From Acidimicrobiales bacterium (GTDB taxonomy: Bacteria > Actinomycetota > Acidimicrobiia > Acidimicrobiales > SHLQ01), in contig OZ244202.1 in NCBI GenBank assembly GCA_965216815.1, positions 3,801,335 through 3,865,334 on the forward strand: a DNA stretch of 64,000 nt. Reading direction: 5' to 3'. Made by a program: the position numbers and the translations under genes. Shown in pieces: positions 1 to 11,586 of this stretch. Under the pieces are notes generated by a model that searched no databases, was not told the origin of the DNA, and saw only the letters and a list, made by a program, of their open reading frames with translations. How positions within the stretch are numbered: the first letter of the stretch is position 1; each line of letters opens with the position of its first letter.

Positions 1-1
1 C

Positions 2-244
2 GTCGCCTACAGCATCGACCCCGGCTATGTGCTGACCGAGCGAGCGAGGGTCAGCGCAGCCGACCATGGACACGCTGAGCGATTCACGCCCGCCGGCCCC
101 GAGGTCATCGGCACAGCCGTTGCATGGCTGGCCTCCGACCCCGGGGCCGTCGAGTTGTCAGGACAGATCGTCTACGCCCAGCGCGAGGTCAAACGCCGCG
201 GGCTGGGGTGGCCGCGGGAGGCTAGTCGCTCACGTCCGAGGTGA
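2..244 (+). CDS. SDR-family oxidoreductase, C-terminal fragment (5' end outside window)
   Basis: Frame 2 is open from the window edge. It reads VAYSIDPGYVLTE...AWLASDPGAVELSGQIV, the C-terminal xxPG / LASD...GQ part of short-chain dehydrogenases. Confidence 0.6.
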   Translation, partial: VAYSIDPGYVLTERARVSAADHGHAERFTPAGPEVIGTAVAWLASDPGAVELSGQIVYAQREVKRRGLGWPREASRSRPR

Positions 245-1151
245 GTGGGGCCTCCACGGCCGCCACCGTCGAACTGCTGATCTTGTACACCGACACCGAA
301 TGGAATGCATCGGCTGCGTTCCCAGCCAAGTCGTAGCAATCCACATCAATCTGCAATCCGATCTGTCCCAGATAGTGCCACTGGCAAGATCTGTCGGCCG
401 TGGCGATGGGCGTCACGTGGACGATGTGGTTGCGGTCGTTGTTGTCTTCACCGAGCGGCTCGGAAAACGTCACCCGATACCGACCAGCCGCAAGCCTTGA
501 AACCGACTCAAAGGTTCCCACCGCTGACTGGGCCGTGCCGGAGCCATTCGAATAGTGCATTGACCACAGTTGCACGCCGGGCGTCGACTCGAGGTATTTC
601 GCGTCCGACGCGTCCTTCATGTAGTAACGATCGTCGTGGTTGTGGTCGACGAAGTAGCCGGTGACGTCGATGATCACGTCAACGGACCCGAGGTGGTTGT
701 AGATCGACAGAGCACCGCCGGCACCCAATGGGATCACAGCACCGTTGAACTGCGTCGTTCCAACGTCGGGGTTCATCGTCGACGCATTCGGGCGAGCTGA
801 ACCCGCCGGGTACAACGTCAGGAACGTCTCGGCGGTCGCGTTGATCGTCGTGATATTCAACTGAACGGCTGTCGCATCGGCAGGGATGCCATGGACGCCG
901 CCGAGGGTCAGGTCGAGCACGCCCTTGGCGCCGATGGGCGCCGCCGTAGCCACACCGATCGGACCGAACGGAGCCGGACGCGTGTCAAGTGCACGCGTCG
1001 GGTTCATGTCGATCATCACCGGCTTCTCACCGGAATCGACCACGGCGTCGGCGCCGGTCACCTCACCGATCAATGCTCCGGCAACAGCAGCCGAAGCCAC
1101 CATCGCCAACGCCAACAGAATCGTCCCAACACGAGAACGCAACACAACCAT
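222..1151 (-). CDS. exported/membrane-anchored protein with one LDTR...RPNAS...DVTGY domain and a unique Cys-pair C-terminal module (paralog 1)
   Basis: ATG at 1151 is preceded by AAGGGGG. Signal anchor VGTILLALAMVASAAVAG, then motifs ALDTR, NITTINAT, LYPAGSARPNASTMNPD, DVIIDVTGYFVDHNHDDRYY. Aligns with 1315..2226 and 3335..4213. The ORF is open to 1289, so a longer N-terminus is possible. Confidence 0.65.
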   Translation of the reverse strand: MVVLRSRVGTILLALAMVASAAVAGALIGEVTGADAVVDSGEKPVMIDMNPTRALDTRPAPFGPIGVATAAPIGAKGVLDLTLGGVHGIPADATAVQLNITTINATAETFLTLYPAGSARPNASTMNPDVGTTQFNGAVIPLGAGGALSIYNHLGSVDVIIDVTGYFVDHNHDDRYYMKDASDAKYLESTPGVQLWSMHYSNGSGTAQSAVGTFESVSRLAAGRYRVTFSEPLGEDNNDRNHIVHVTPIATADRSCQWHYLGQIGLQIDVDCYDLAGNAADAFHSVSVYKISSSTVAAVEAPLTSDVSD

Positions 1152-1314
1152 CACAAGCCCCCTTCGGCCCCGACGACGACCGGATACCGCCGTCGGGGCC
1201 GAGGGTAGAACGTCCAGGTCGAAAGCACCAGGGCTGATTTCGGGTGGGTCGGCGAGCAGGTAGTCGCCGTCCGCGTTGAAAGACGCCATGCCGACCAGAA
1301 CGCTGGCGACAGCC

Positions 1315-2226
1315 CTACGGCAGCGGTGGAGCCGGGATCTCGCTGTCGAAGTCGAACACGGTCAGCGAGAACGCAATTTCGCTGTCGCGTGCCCCCGTGT
1401 CGTCCTCGCACAGGACGAGCAGGTAGTCGACGGTCAGCTCCTCCTCGGGCGCCCACGAGCAGTAGCCCGGACCTATGGCGTTGACATGCGCCGTGAGACC
1501 GTTGAGCGGGACGGGATCAACGAGGTCGATGCGGTGCACGCCAATCTCGACGGTACGCATGTCGCCGAGCTCACCGACCTTCGAGTAGTAGCCACCGATG
1601 ATGACCAGCGCCGTACCTAGGACACGCAGGCTCGGTGGTCCCTCGAGATACTTCGCGTTCGAGGCTTCCTTGTTGTAGTAGCGGTCGTCGTGGTGGTGGT
1701 GGTGGTGGTGGTCGACGTAGTAGCCGGTGACGTCGATGATCACGTCGACCGATCCGACGTGGTTGTAGATCGATATCGCTCCGTTCGACCCGACGGGGAT
1801 CACCGCACCGTTGAACGACGTCTGGCCGACGTCGGGGTTCATCGTCGAGGCCAGCGGGCGAGTCGTTCCCGAGCCGTACAGGGTCAGGAACGACTCGGCC
1901 GAGGCATTCACAGTTGTGACGTTCAGCTGCACCGCCGATGCATCGGACGGCAATCCTCTAGCGCCGGCGACGAGGAGATCCATCGTCTGGCGTGCCCCGA
2001 GCTTGCCTGCCACAGGCACACCGATCGGGCCGTGAGGCGTGCCACGTGTGTCGAGGAAGCGGGTCGGCGACATCGGCACGAGCACCGCCTTCGATCCCTT
2101 GCCCACCGATGCATCGGCACCGGTCACCTCACCGACGAGCGCACCGCCGACAGCGGCACCGACCACCATCGCCATCGCGATGAAGACCATTCCAATACGC
2201 GAACGAACACTACTCATTGCGAACAC
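1315..2226 (-). CDS. exported/membrane-anchored LDTR-domain protein with His7 tract and unique C-terminal module (paralog 2)
   Basis: GGAGGTG lies 7 nt before the ATG at 2226. Signal anchor IGMVFIAMAMVVGAAVGG, then FLDTR, NVTTVNAS, RPLASTMNPD, DVTGYYVDHHHHHHHDDRYY. Confidence 0.75.
   Translation of the reverse strand: MFAMSSVRSRIGMVFIAMAMVVGAAVGGALVGEVTGADASVGKGSKAVLVPMSPTRFLDTRGTPHGPIGVPVAGKLGARQTMDLLVAGARGLPSDASAVQLNVTTVNASAESFLTLYGSGTTRPLASTMNPDVGQTSFNGAVIPVGSNGAISIYNHVGSVDVIIDVTGYYVDHHHHHHHDDRYYNKEASNAKYLEGPPSLRVLGTALVIIGGYYSKVGELGDMRTVEIGVHRIDLVDPVPLNGLTAHVNAIGPGYCSWAPEEELTVDYLLVLCEDDTGARDSEIAFSLTVFDFDSEIPAPPLP
1690..1710 (-). repeat. (CAC)7 in-frame trinucleotide repeat encoding His7
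   Basis: The plus strand reads gtggtggtggtggtggtggtg. The paralogs have only HNH and HTH at this position. Confidence 0.9.
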
Positions 2227-2266
2227 CTCCGAAGACGTACGAACAACACGATGGCCATACAGCCAG

Positions 2267-2284
2267 ACAGGCGGGCGCGCCTGT
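2267..2284 (-). terminator. short GC hairpin after the 325-aa gene
   Basis: ACAGGCG-ggcg-CGCCTGT, a 7-bp stem, lies in the 127-nt gap between 2354 and 2226. No U-tract. Confidence 0.3.
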
Positions 2285-2353
2285 GTGTCCGCGGCAACAC
2301 TCCCGCAGAGACACCGGTCACATCGCTAGCCGGATGGGTGAGGTCTTGCCTGG

Positions 2354-3331
2354 CTAACCCTCTGCGGCCTCAGGCCAGGGGTATGCGTCGTTCAGCGTCG
2401 CGATCCACTTCGGGTCGCGAAGAGGATCAGCCGCCTCGGTCACCTCGATGCCACGCGTGCGAAGGTCACCCGACAGTCGGTCGACGACGGCCGCGAGCGT
2501 CAGATCGTCTTTGTGTGCGTCGACTCGTTGACGCTCGGCCTCGGAGGTGAAGACCTCGGCCTTCCACGAAACGCTCACCCGCACCTCGCCGGGGTCGTAG
2601 CTCTCGATCGTCCTACCGCCGTCGACGATCGACCAAGCTTCGCCATCCCATCGCAGCTCGGCGTCGAGAGTGAGGCCCTTGACGATCGGACGGTCGGGAT
2701 CGCCGATGATGCCGACTCGATGGAACATGCGGTCGTTGTCGCCGACGACCGCCACGTTGTGAAACGGGCTCGACACGGTCGCCGGTGGCTCGTCGACCCC
2801 GTCGCGCCAGTAGTCGAAGCCGCCACCGGGGCCGTCGTAGAACCACCAAACCCCGGTTGCGATCTCGATGCGCTCTGCCTCGAACAGCCCCGACGCCGCC
2901 ATTCGATGCAACAACGACACGGGGTAGTCGACCCGGGTGATGCCACGGAACGCTGGGACATCGATATGGGGCGGACCCGCGAACGGCAACGGTGGGTTGA
3001 GGTTCAAATAGACATCGGTAGGACGCACTACCTCGGCACCGAACACCTGCTTCGCTGCATCGATGAACGGCTCGTGGTCGAGCACCGCTCGCGCCCCGGC
3101 GACCAGCTCGTCGCCTCGCAGAACCCAGTCACCCCGGAACCACGGCGCGACGAAGGTCGAGGACTCGCCGCCTGAAGCGCCCTGCTCCTCGGCGCTCGCG
3201 AAGTACCGCTGAATAGGCGCGTAGGGAGCGTTTGCGCGAACCAGCGCTCGCATTTCGTCGACGTCGAACACGTCCGCCAGCAACCTGGGCCGACGCGGCC
3301 AGCCGATCCTGAGACCGTTCTCGCTCACCAC
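2354..3331 (-). CDS. hypothetical cytoplasmic protein, possible cupin/Fe(II)-oxygenase-like (HIDVP...FHRVG)
   Basis: 325-aa ORF whose GTG lies 3 nt after the stop of 3335..4213. No signal peptide. An HxD...H pattern is visible, but I did not recognise the family. Confidence 0.6.
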   Translation of the reverse strand: MVSENGLRIGWPRRPRLLADVFDVDEMRALVRANAPYAPIQRYFASAEEQGASGGESSTFVAPWFRGDWVLRGDELVAGARAVLDHEPFIDAAKQVFGAEVVRPTDVYLNLNPPLPFAGPPHIDVPAFRGITRVDYPVSLLHRMAASGLFEAERIEIATGVWWFYDGPGGGFDYWRDGVDEPPATVSSPFHNVAVVGDNDRMFHRVGIIGDPDRPIVKGLTLDAELRWDGEAWSIVDGGRTIESYDPGEVRVSVSWKAEVFTSEAERQRVDAHKDDLTLAAVVDRLSGDLRTRGIEVTEAADPLRDPKWIATLNDAYPWPEAAEG

Positions 3332-3334
3332 AGG

Positions 3335-4213
3335 TCAGCTCTGGTCGAGCTGATAGATGATGAAGTTGAAGTGCGAGTCCTCGTTCGCGCTGCCTTCGGC
3401 GCATCGGATTCCGATCGAGTCGCGCGACGGCTGGTTGAAGAACCAATGGCAGTTGATTTGGTCTGCGGTGATCGCGTCGACCTGCACGACCAAGCCCGGA
3501 TCGGTGCTCGAGCGCAACACGTTTCGGGTGAAGTCGAGGCGGTAGTCCCCATCCCCGATGCGATCCACGGCCTTCACGGGTCCGATCGAATCGATCAGGT
3601 TGCCCGGTCCGCCTACCTGACCAGCTGCGACGATTTCGAGACCGGGATCGACCACGTAGCGGGCATCACCCTGCGACTTGGTGTAGTAGCGGTCGTCGTG
3701 GGTGTGGTCGACGTAGTAGCCGGTCACGTCGATGATCACATCGACCGACCCGACATGGTTGTAGATCGAAATGCCGCCGGCCGCACCCAGCGCGATGACC
3801 GCGCCGTTGTAGGAGGTGACGTCGAGGTCGGGGTTCATCGTCGACGCCAACGGCCTGGGCGAACCCTGGGGATAGACGGTCAGGAACGACTCGTCGGACG
3901 CGTTGATCGTCGTCACGTTCAACTGTGCCGCCGTGGCGTCGACCGGGATGCCCTTCGTGCCGGCGATCCCCAACGACATCGTCTGCTGTGCGCCGAGCTT
4001 GGCCGGAGCATCCACACCGATCGGCCCGTTCGGCGCCGGGCGAGTGTCGAGCACGCGTACGGGGTCGATCGGCACGAGCACCGACCGATCGCCCGAGGAG
4101 ACCACGGCATCGGCGCCGGTGACCTGGCCGATCAGTGCGCCGCCGATCGCAGCCGCCATCACCATCGACATTGCGACGAGCACCGTTCCGAGACGGCTGT
4201 TTAGTACCTGCAT
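3335..4213 (-). CDS. exported/membrane-anchored LDTR-domain protein with unique C-terminal module (paralog 3)
   Basis: Signal anchor LGTVLVAMSMVMAAAIGG, then VLDTR, NVTTINAS, RPLASTMNPD, DVTGYYVDHTHDDRYY. The C-terminal roughly 100 aa do not align with the paralogs except for the C-x-W...C pair. Confidence 0.75.
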   Translation of the reverse strand: MQVLNSRLGTVLVAMSMVMAAAIGGALIGQVTGADAVVSSGDRSVLVPIDPVRVLDTRPAPNGPIGVDAPAKLGAQQTMSLGIAGTKGIPVDATAAQLNVTTINASDESFLTVYPQGSPRPLASTMNPDLDVTSYNGAVIALGAAGGISIYNHVGSVDVIIDVTGYYVDHTHDDRYYTKSQGDARYVVDPGLEIVAAGQVGGPGNLIDSIGPVKAVDRIGDGDYRLDFTRNVLRSSTDPGLVVQVDAITADQINCHWFFNQPSRDSIGIRCAEGSANEDSHFNFIIYQLDQS

Positions 4214-4293
4214 GACATCATCCGATCGTTCGCTTCAGGGCAACGGTGTGTTCCCACCATGTGCGTAGCCCAAACCACGGCCTCGAGCAATCG

Positions 4294-4345
4294 CCACCGC
4301 GAACCCCGGAACCCGGCGGATTCCCAGACACCGGGGTCGCGGTGG
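4294..4345 (-). terminator. long GC-rich hairpin abutting the SDR stop codon
   Basis: CCACCGCGAACCCCGG, a 21-nt loop, then CCGGGGTCGCGGTGG (one unpaired T). It sits directly downstream of the stop at 4346-4348. No U-tract. Confidence 0.4.
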
Positions 4346-5137
4346 CTAGGGATGTTGGCTCGAGACCGAGACGATCTCACCTGTCATGTAGGTCGAGTAG
4401 TCGCTCGCGAGGAACACCATGACGTTCGCGACCTCCCACACCTCCGCGGCGCGACCGAACGCCTCCTGGGCAGCCAGCGAGTCGAGAAAGTCCTGATCGG
4501 ACACCTTCGCGAGAAAGGGGTGCATCGCCAGCGAGGGGGCCACGGCATTGACCCGCACCCCGTGCTCGGCGGCCTCCATGGCGACACATCGAGTGAGCCC
4601 CATCACACCGGCTTTGGCAGCCGCGTAGTGCGCCTGGCCCGCCTGGGCACGCCACCCGACCACCGAGGCATTGTTGACGATCACGCCTCGGCCACGCTCG
4701 TACATGTGACCGAGCACAGCCCGGGTCACCCGCATCGTGCCGTTCAAGGTCACGTCGATCACCGGCATCCATTGCTCGTCGCTCATGTCGACCAGGTTCT
4801 CGGTGCCGCCCAGGCCGGCATTGTTGACGAGCACGTCGATGTGGCCGAGTTGCTCGATCGCATCAGCGATGAGCGCCTGAACCTGCGTCTCGTCGGTGAC
4901 GTTACACAGCACCGACCGGACAGGTTCGTCGGCCAGTTCGCCCAGAGTCTCCGCAGCCTCGGCCAGCCGCCGCTCATGAAGGTCGCTGATCAACACGGTG
5001 GCGCCTTCTTCGATGCAGCGCTTCGCCACCGCAAACCCGATTCCGGTCCCTGCCGCCGCGGTGACAACTACGTTGCGACCGCCCAGCAGACCATGTCCGG
5101 GCACGTAGTCGGGTGTGTTTGTCATCGGTTGCACCAA
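4346..5137 (-). CDS. SDR-family oxidoreductase
   Basis: VVVTAAAGTGIGFAVA glycine-rich NAD(P) motif, YAAAKAG active-site motif, and NAVAP. Confidence 0.85.
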   Translation of the reverse strand: MVQPMTNTPDYVPGHGLLGGRNVVVTAAAGTGIGFAVAKRCIEEGATVLISDLHERRLAEAAETLGELADEPVRSVLCNVTDETQVQALIADAIEQLGHIDVLVNNAGLGGTENLVDMSDEQWMPVIDVTLNGTMRVTRAVLGHMYERGRGVIVNNASVVGWRAQAGQAHYAAAKAGVMGLTRCVAMEAAEHGVRVNAVAPSLAMHPFLAKVSDQDFLDSLAAQEAFGRAAEVWEVANVMVFLASDYSTYMTGEIVSVSSQHP

Positions 5138-5162
5138 TTCGGCTCGATCGTGCTCAGTCCTT

Positions 5163-6071
5163 CTACTCTTTCTGCGATTCGGCCATGCGCCGTTCGAGAT
5201 CGGTGATGAACGGGTTCGGCTCTTGGCCGATCGAACCCGGCAGGCGCTCTTCGATCTCGGCGATCGACCACTCGCCGTCGGAAGCGAACATCGATCGGAC
5301 CTCGGTCGGCTGATTCCACACCGATATGCGCCCGCCGACCACCGAATACACCTGCGAGTTGATCTCCCGGCCGGCGTCGGAGAGCAGATAGGCGACCATC
5401 GGCGAGATCGCCTCGGCCGACCCTGTCTCGATCTCGAACGGAACGTTCTCGCTCATCCTCGTCCGTGCGGTCGGCGCGATGCAGTTCGCGTTGATAGCGG
5501 GACCTCCCCGCATCGCGAGGCTCGCGGCTGTAAGCGCGGCTGAACGGGTGAGGCTGATGATGCCGCCTTTGGCAGCGGAGTAGTTCGCCTGCGCGGTCGA
5601 CGCGACAAAGGCACCCGAGGTGAACCCGACGAGCGAGCCCCCCGTCTCCTGCTTGCGCATCACGTTCAACGCATGGCGATACAACGTGAAGTGGCCCTTC
5701 AGGTGGACGGCGATGACGGCGTCCCACTCCTCCTCGCTCATGTTGAACAGCATCCGCTCGCGCAGATTGCCCGCAACACAGACCACACCGTCGATCGATC
5801 CGTAGGTATCGACCGCCGCGGTCACGATCTCCTCGCCGACATCCATCTGCGACACGTCGCCGGCGATAGCGGTGGCCCGACCACCAGCCGCCTCGATCTC
5901 TGAGACCACGCTCTCTGCTACCTCGCTCGTGGGATCCGAGCCATCCATCGAAACGCCGTAGTCGGCGACGACGACGCTGGCGCCCTCCGACGCGCACAGC
6001 AACGCGGTCGCCTTGCCGATCCCTCCGCCACCCCCCGTAATCGCGATCGTCTTGCCGTCGAGGTAAGCCAC
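5163..6071 (-). CDS. SDR-family oxidoreductase with extended C-terminus
   Basis: GTG at 6071 with AGGAG 7 nt upstream. ITGGGGGIGKATA and YSAAKGG motifs. The ORF-track extension to 6272 is low-complexity and overlaps the divergent gene. Confidence 0.8.
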   Translation of the reverse strand: MAYLDGKTIAITGGGGGIGKATALLCASEGASVVVADYGVSMDGSDPTSEVAESVVSEIEAAGGRATAIAGDVSQMDVGEEIVTAAVDTYGSIDGVVCVAGNLRERMLFNMSEEEWDAVIAVHLKGHFTLYRHALNVMRKQETGGSLVGFTSGAFVASTAQANYSAAKGGIISLTRSAALTAASLAMRGGPAINANCIAPTARTRMSENVPFEIETGSAEAISPMVAYLLSDAGREINSQVYSVVGGRISVWNQPTEVRSMFASDGEWSIAEIEERLPGSIGQEPNPFITDLERRMAESQKE

Positions 6072-6261
6072 CGGTGCACTCCTGTCACACGCTGTCGAGA
6101 ACGACTGGTCACGATAGTTGCCGGCTCCCGCGCATCGCGACCCGGCGCCCCGATGAGGGGTCGTTCCCCCGGCCGGAGGGATCGGATAACCTGACCCTGC
6201 CGTCGTAGGGGCTTCACGGGCGCCGGGCAGTTGTATTCGACGCGTCTGCCAGGAAGTACCC

Positions 6262-8391
6262 GTGACCGACATCGATCTTCGAGAATCGAGCAGTGAGGGC
6301 CATCATCCTCCGGCCCTCGCCGACCTCGCTGCGTCGGACCTCGCCGACACCGAGCGCACCGAACGAGGGCACCGCTCGCTCGAGCAACTCGCCTACCCAG
6401 CCGCCTTGATCGACCTCGACGGCACGATGCTCGACGCCAATCAGGCGTTGTGCTCGGTTTGGGGGGTCGGAGTCGGAGAGCTCGCCGGTCGCGCCCTGGG
6501 ATCGCTCGAGGTTTGGCAGAGCGATGGTGGGCGCCGCCGCGCAGCCGAGATGCTCGTCGGGGCGGCCGAGGCGGGACGACGGACCCGCCTCATCGTCACC
6601 GCCGAGGCCGATGGCCGGCCCACACCGACCGAGTTCTCCCTCGAGCCACTTCGCAGCCGTACCGGCGAGCTCGTGCTGTTCCTCCTCCGGGTGGCGCCCC
6701 TCAACAACCGCGCCACAGCGATTCGTGAACTCGAGCAGCGCAACAACGAGGTCGCAGCTCTCAGCGGCGTCGCCGACTTCTACGCACGACACGGCTCTGA
6801 TGCAGCGACGACCCACTCGCAAACCGGGATGATCGTCGCCATCAACGACGCGACGACGTCGCGCCTCGGCTACCTGCCACGCGACCTCGTGGGGACAAAC
6901 CTGATCGACATCGTTCATCCGAGCGACGCCGAAGTGTTCACCGAGATTCTCAGCGGCTCGGGCGACCCTGAGCTGATCCGGGTTCGACACGTCGACGGCA
7001 GCTACCGCGACTGCGTTCCCGACGTGCTGGTCGCTCTTGACGAGCCCGCCGCGTCCGGCCATGTCATCTGGCGAATCGTGCCCGCGAGTTCCTCCGAGCC
7101 CTCCCCCCTGCCCGTGGACCGCGGCGAGGACCCGCTCACCGGACTCGCCGGACGCAGCCAGCTCATCGACCGACTCGAGGCCGAACTCGATCGCGCCAGA
7201 AACTCTCTCGCATCGGTCGGCCTTCTGTTCTGCGACCTCGAGCGTTTCGCCGACGTCAACGCACGACATGGTGAGGAGACCGGCGACCATGTTTTGGTCG
7301 AGGTCGCTCGTCGATTCGTAGACGTGGCTGGAACCTCCGACATCGTGGCCAGGTTCGGAGGTGATGAGTTCATCGTGCTCAGTCCCGGAGCCGACGCCGC
7401 GGCCGCAACCGAGCGGGCACACGAGATCCAGTCGGCGTTCGCCGATCCGATCGTGGTCGACGACGCCGAGGTCGAGTTGAACGTTCGTGTGGGCGTCACG
7501 ACCTCGGTCGGCGACGACCGGCCGATCGATCTCATCGCGCGAGCTGACGCCGCCATGTACCAGTCGCGCGACCACGGGAACGTCGTCGTCGACAACGACG
7601 CCAGAACCGCGCGGCTGAGCCGCATCGGCACCGAACACTCGCTGCGAAAAGCGGTCGAACGCGATGAGCTTCGGCTGCACTACCAACCGGAGATCGACCT
7701 CCGCACGAACGAGATGGTCGGGCTCGAAGCACTCATCCGCTGGCAGCGCGACGACGTTTTGGTCAGCCCTGCCGAGTTCATCCCGCTGGCCGAAGAGTCA
7801 GAGCTGATCGTCCCGATCGGCGAGTGGGTACTGCGCGAGGCCTGTCGACAAGTTCGCGATTGGCGCGACGTCGGTCTCGACACGCCTCCGGTGTGGGTCA
7901 ACCTTTCCGCCCGCCAGCTCGGTCACCCAGACCTCGTCGACATGGTCGAGACAGCGATCGACGACGCTGGCATCGACCCGTCGAGCATCAGCATCGAGAT
8001 CACCGAATCGGCACTGATGGCCGACGCCGAGACAGCGATCGAACAGCTCGATCGGTTGCGCGAACTGGGCATCAGCCTCGGTGCCGACGACTTCGGGACC
8101 GGTTACTCATCGCTCGCTTACCTGACCCGACTGCCGCTCGACGTGCTCAAGATCGATCGCAGCTTTGTGTCGGGTCTCGGTATCAGCCAGGACAGCACGA
8201 CGATCGTCGCGGCGATAATCGATCTCGCACACGCGCTCGGGCTGTGCGTCATCGCCGAGGGCGTCGAGACGCCCACCCAGCTGGCCGAACTGCGACGCCT
8301 CGAATGTGACCAGGCCCTCGGCTTCTTGTTCTCCGAACCCATGCCGGCCGACGCGCTCGACCTTCACTCCTCACCCACCATCGTCTTGTGA
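6262..8391 (+). CDS. PAS-GGDEF-EAL signalling protein (diguanylate cyclase/phosphodiesterase)
   Basis: RFGGDEFIVL (intact GGDEF), GLEALIRW (EAL) and DDFGTGYSSLAYL. PAS-like N-terminal region. Confidence 0.9.
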   Translation: MTDIDLRESSSEGHHPPALADLAASDLADTERTERGHRSLEQLAYPAALIDLDGTMLDANQALCSVWGVGVGELAGRALGSLEVWQSDGGRRRAAEMLVGAAEAGRRTRLIVTAEADGRPTPTEFSLEPLRSRTGELVLFLLRVAPLNNRATAIRELEQRNNEVAALSGVADFYARHGSDAATTHSQTGMIVAINDATTSRLGYLPRDLVGTNLIDIVHPSDAEVFTEILSGSGDPELIRVRHVDGSYRDCVPDVLVALDEPAASGHVIWRIVPASSSEPSPLPVDRGEDPLTGLAGRSQLIDRLEAELDRARNSLASVGLLFCDLERFADVNARHGEETGDHVLVEVARRFVDVAGTSDIVARFGGDEFIVLSPGADAAAATERAHEIQSAFADPIVVDDAEVELNVRVGVTTSVGDDRPIDLIARADAAMYQSRDHGNVVVDNDARTARLSRIGTEHSLRKAVERDELRLHYQPEIDLRTNEMVGLEALIRWQRDDVLVSPAEFIPLAEESELIVPIGEWVLREACRQVRDWRDVGLDTPPVWVNLSARQLGHPDLVDMVETAIDDAGIDPSSISIEITESALMADAETAIEQLDRLRELGISLGADDFGTGYSSLAYLTRLPLDVLKIDRSFVSGLGISQDSTTIVAAIIDLAHALGLCVIAEGVETPTQLAELRRLECDQALGFLFSEPMPADALDLHSSPTIVL

Positions 8392-8461
8392 GACCGGAGA
8401 AATCGTCCGGCTCCGCCGGCGATTTCGAACTGCGCTTGCGTTCTGCGCATGCGGACGCGCA

Positions 8462-8484
8462 GCGGCCGCCCATAGGGCGGCCGC
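8462..8484. terminator. perfect GC hairpin between convergent genes (bidirectional terminator candidate)
   Basis: GCGGCCGCCC-ata-GGGCGGCCGC lies in the 108-nt gap between 8391 and 8500. Confidence 0.5.
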
Positions 8485-8499
8485 TGACACCAGCGAGTT

Positions 8500-9075
8500 C
8501 TAGTCCAGCAGGGCGTGGGCGGTGAAGCGGAGCTCTTCGCAGACCGAGCCGTGGGGTGCTTGTCCGCTGACCCACTGGTTGATGGCCGAGAACCAGACGT
8601 GGCCGACGATGCGCTGCGCTGCCTCGAGCCGTTTCGCATCGACGTCGTCTCCGATGGCGTGGACGATGATCGCGCGCAGGCCGCCCTGTATGCGCTCCCG
8701 AAACCGCGCGACGTCGGCGCCAGTCGATGACATGGCTGTCACGAGAGCACCCATGAGCACCGGAGCCGCGTCGAGTCGAGCGCTCGCCGCGCAGAGTAAG
8801 CCGGCCAGCCGCTCGGCTGATGTCGACCCCTCGGCCGGCTCGGCGGTGAGCTCATCGGTGACCTGGGCGGTCCAGCCCGCCAGGCCGGCAAGGAGCATCT
8901 CGTCCTTCGAGTTGAAATAGCGGTAGATGGTGCCGAGGGCGACGCCCGACGACTCGGCCACCCGGCGCATCTGCACCGCCTCGTATCCGCCCTCCGCGGC
9001 AAGCTTCATCGCGGCCTCGACCACGCGCCGTCGACGCTCGCGTTGTTGTTCGGACTCCAAAGGCACCCCAGCCAT
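8500..9075 (-). CDS. TetR-family transcriptional regulator
   Basis: RRRRVVEAAMKLAAEGGYEAVQMRRVAESSGVALGTIYRYFNSKDEML is a TetR N-terminal HTH. Confidence 0.9.
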   Translation of the reverse strand: MAGVPLESEQQRERRRRVVEAAMKLAAEGGYEAVQMRRVAESSGVALGTIYRYFNSKDEMLLAGLAGWTAQVTDELTAEPAEGSTSAERLAGLLCAASARLDAAPVLMGALVTAMSSTGADVARFRERIQGGLRAIIVHAIGDDVDAKRLEAAQRIVGHVWFSAINQWVSGQAPHGSVCEELRFTAHALLD

Positions 9076-9144
9076 CTCGCCATCATGGGCGACGGGGGCG
9101 CGTGGCTGTCAAAACGTTGCTGTCACACCGGCCATACTAGAGAC

Positions 9145-9336
9145 GTGACCGACCCGACGAGCGATCCGACCGACGACCCTGACGCGGTCGACCGCGGATT
9201 CCGAATCAAGGTCGGAGTCGCTGTCGCGGTGGCTCTCGCGCTCATCGCAGCGCTCACCCTCGCCCTCGGAGTGCCTTGGTGGGCTGTGGGGCTAGGAATA
9301 GGAATGTTCGTGCTGATCCTCGTCTTCGAGGCTTAG
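9145..9336 (+). CDS. small hypothetical membrane protein
   Basis: GTG at 9145. Acidic N-terminus, then two hydrophobic helices (VGVAVAVALALIAALTLAL, AVGLGIGMFVLILVF). Divergent from the TetR gene. Confidence 0.35.
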   Translation: MTDPTSDPTDDPDAVDRGFRIKVGVAVAVALALIAALTLALGVPWWAVGLGIGMFVLILVFEA

Positions 9337-9347
9337 CCCAGAGCGCC

Positions 9348-11540
<2,193 letters not shown>

Positions 11541-11586
11541 GCCCTTCCAAACCGTTACCTGCCCGGAGCAAGTCACGCTTCCCGAC

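Noticed and set aside
6214-7686. A 490-aa ORF antisense to the PAS-GGDEF-EAL gene.
   Set aside because: It is a typical high-GC shadow ORF. It is Arg/Gly/Val-rich with no motifs and lies fully inside a gene that has clear domain signatures.
9076-9144. A TetR operator in the divergent TetR / small-membrane-protein intergenic region.
   Set aside because: The CTGTCA elements flanking AACGTT are direct repeats, not inverted, and no convincing palindrome is present.
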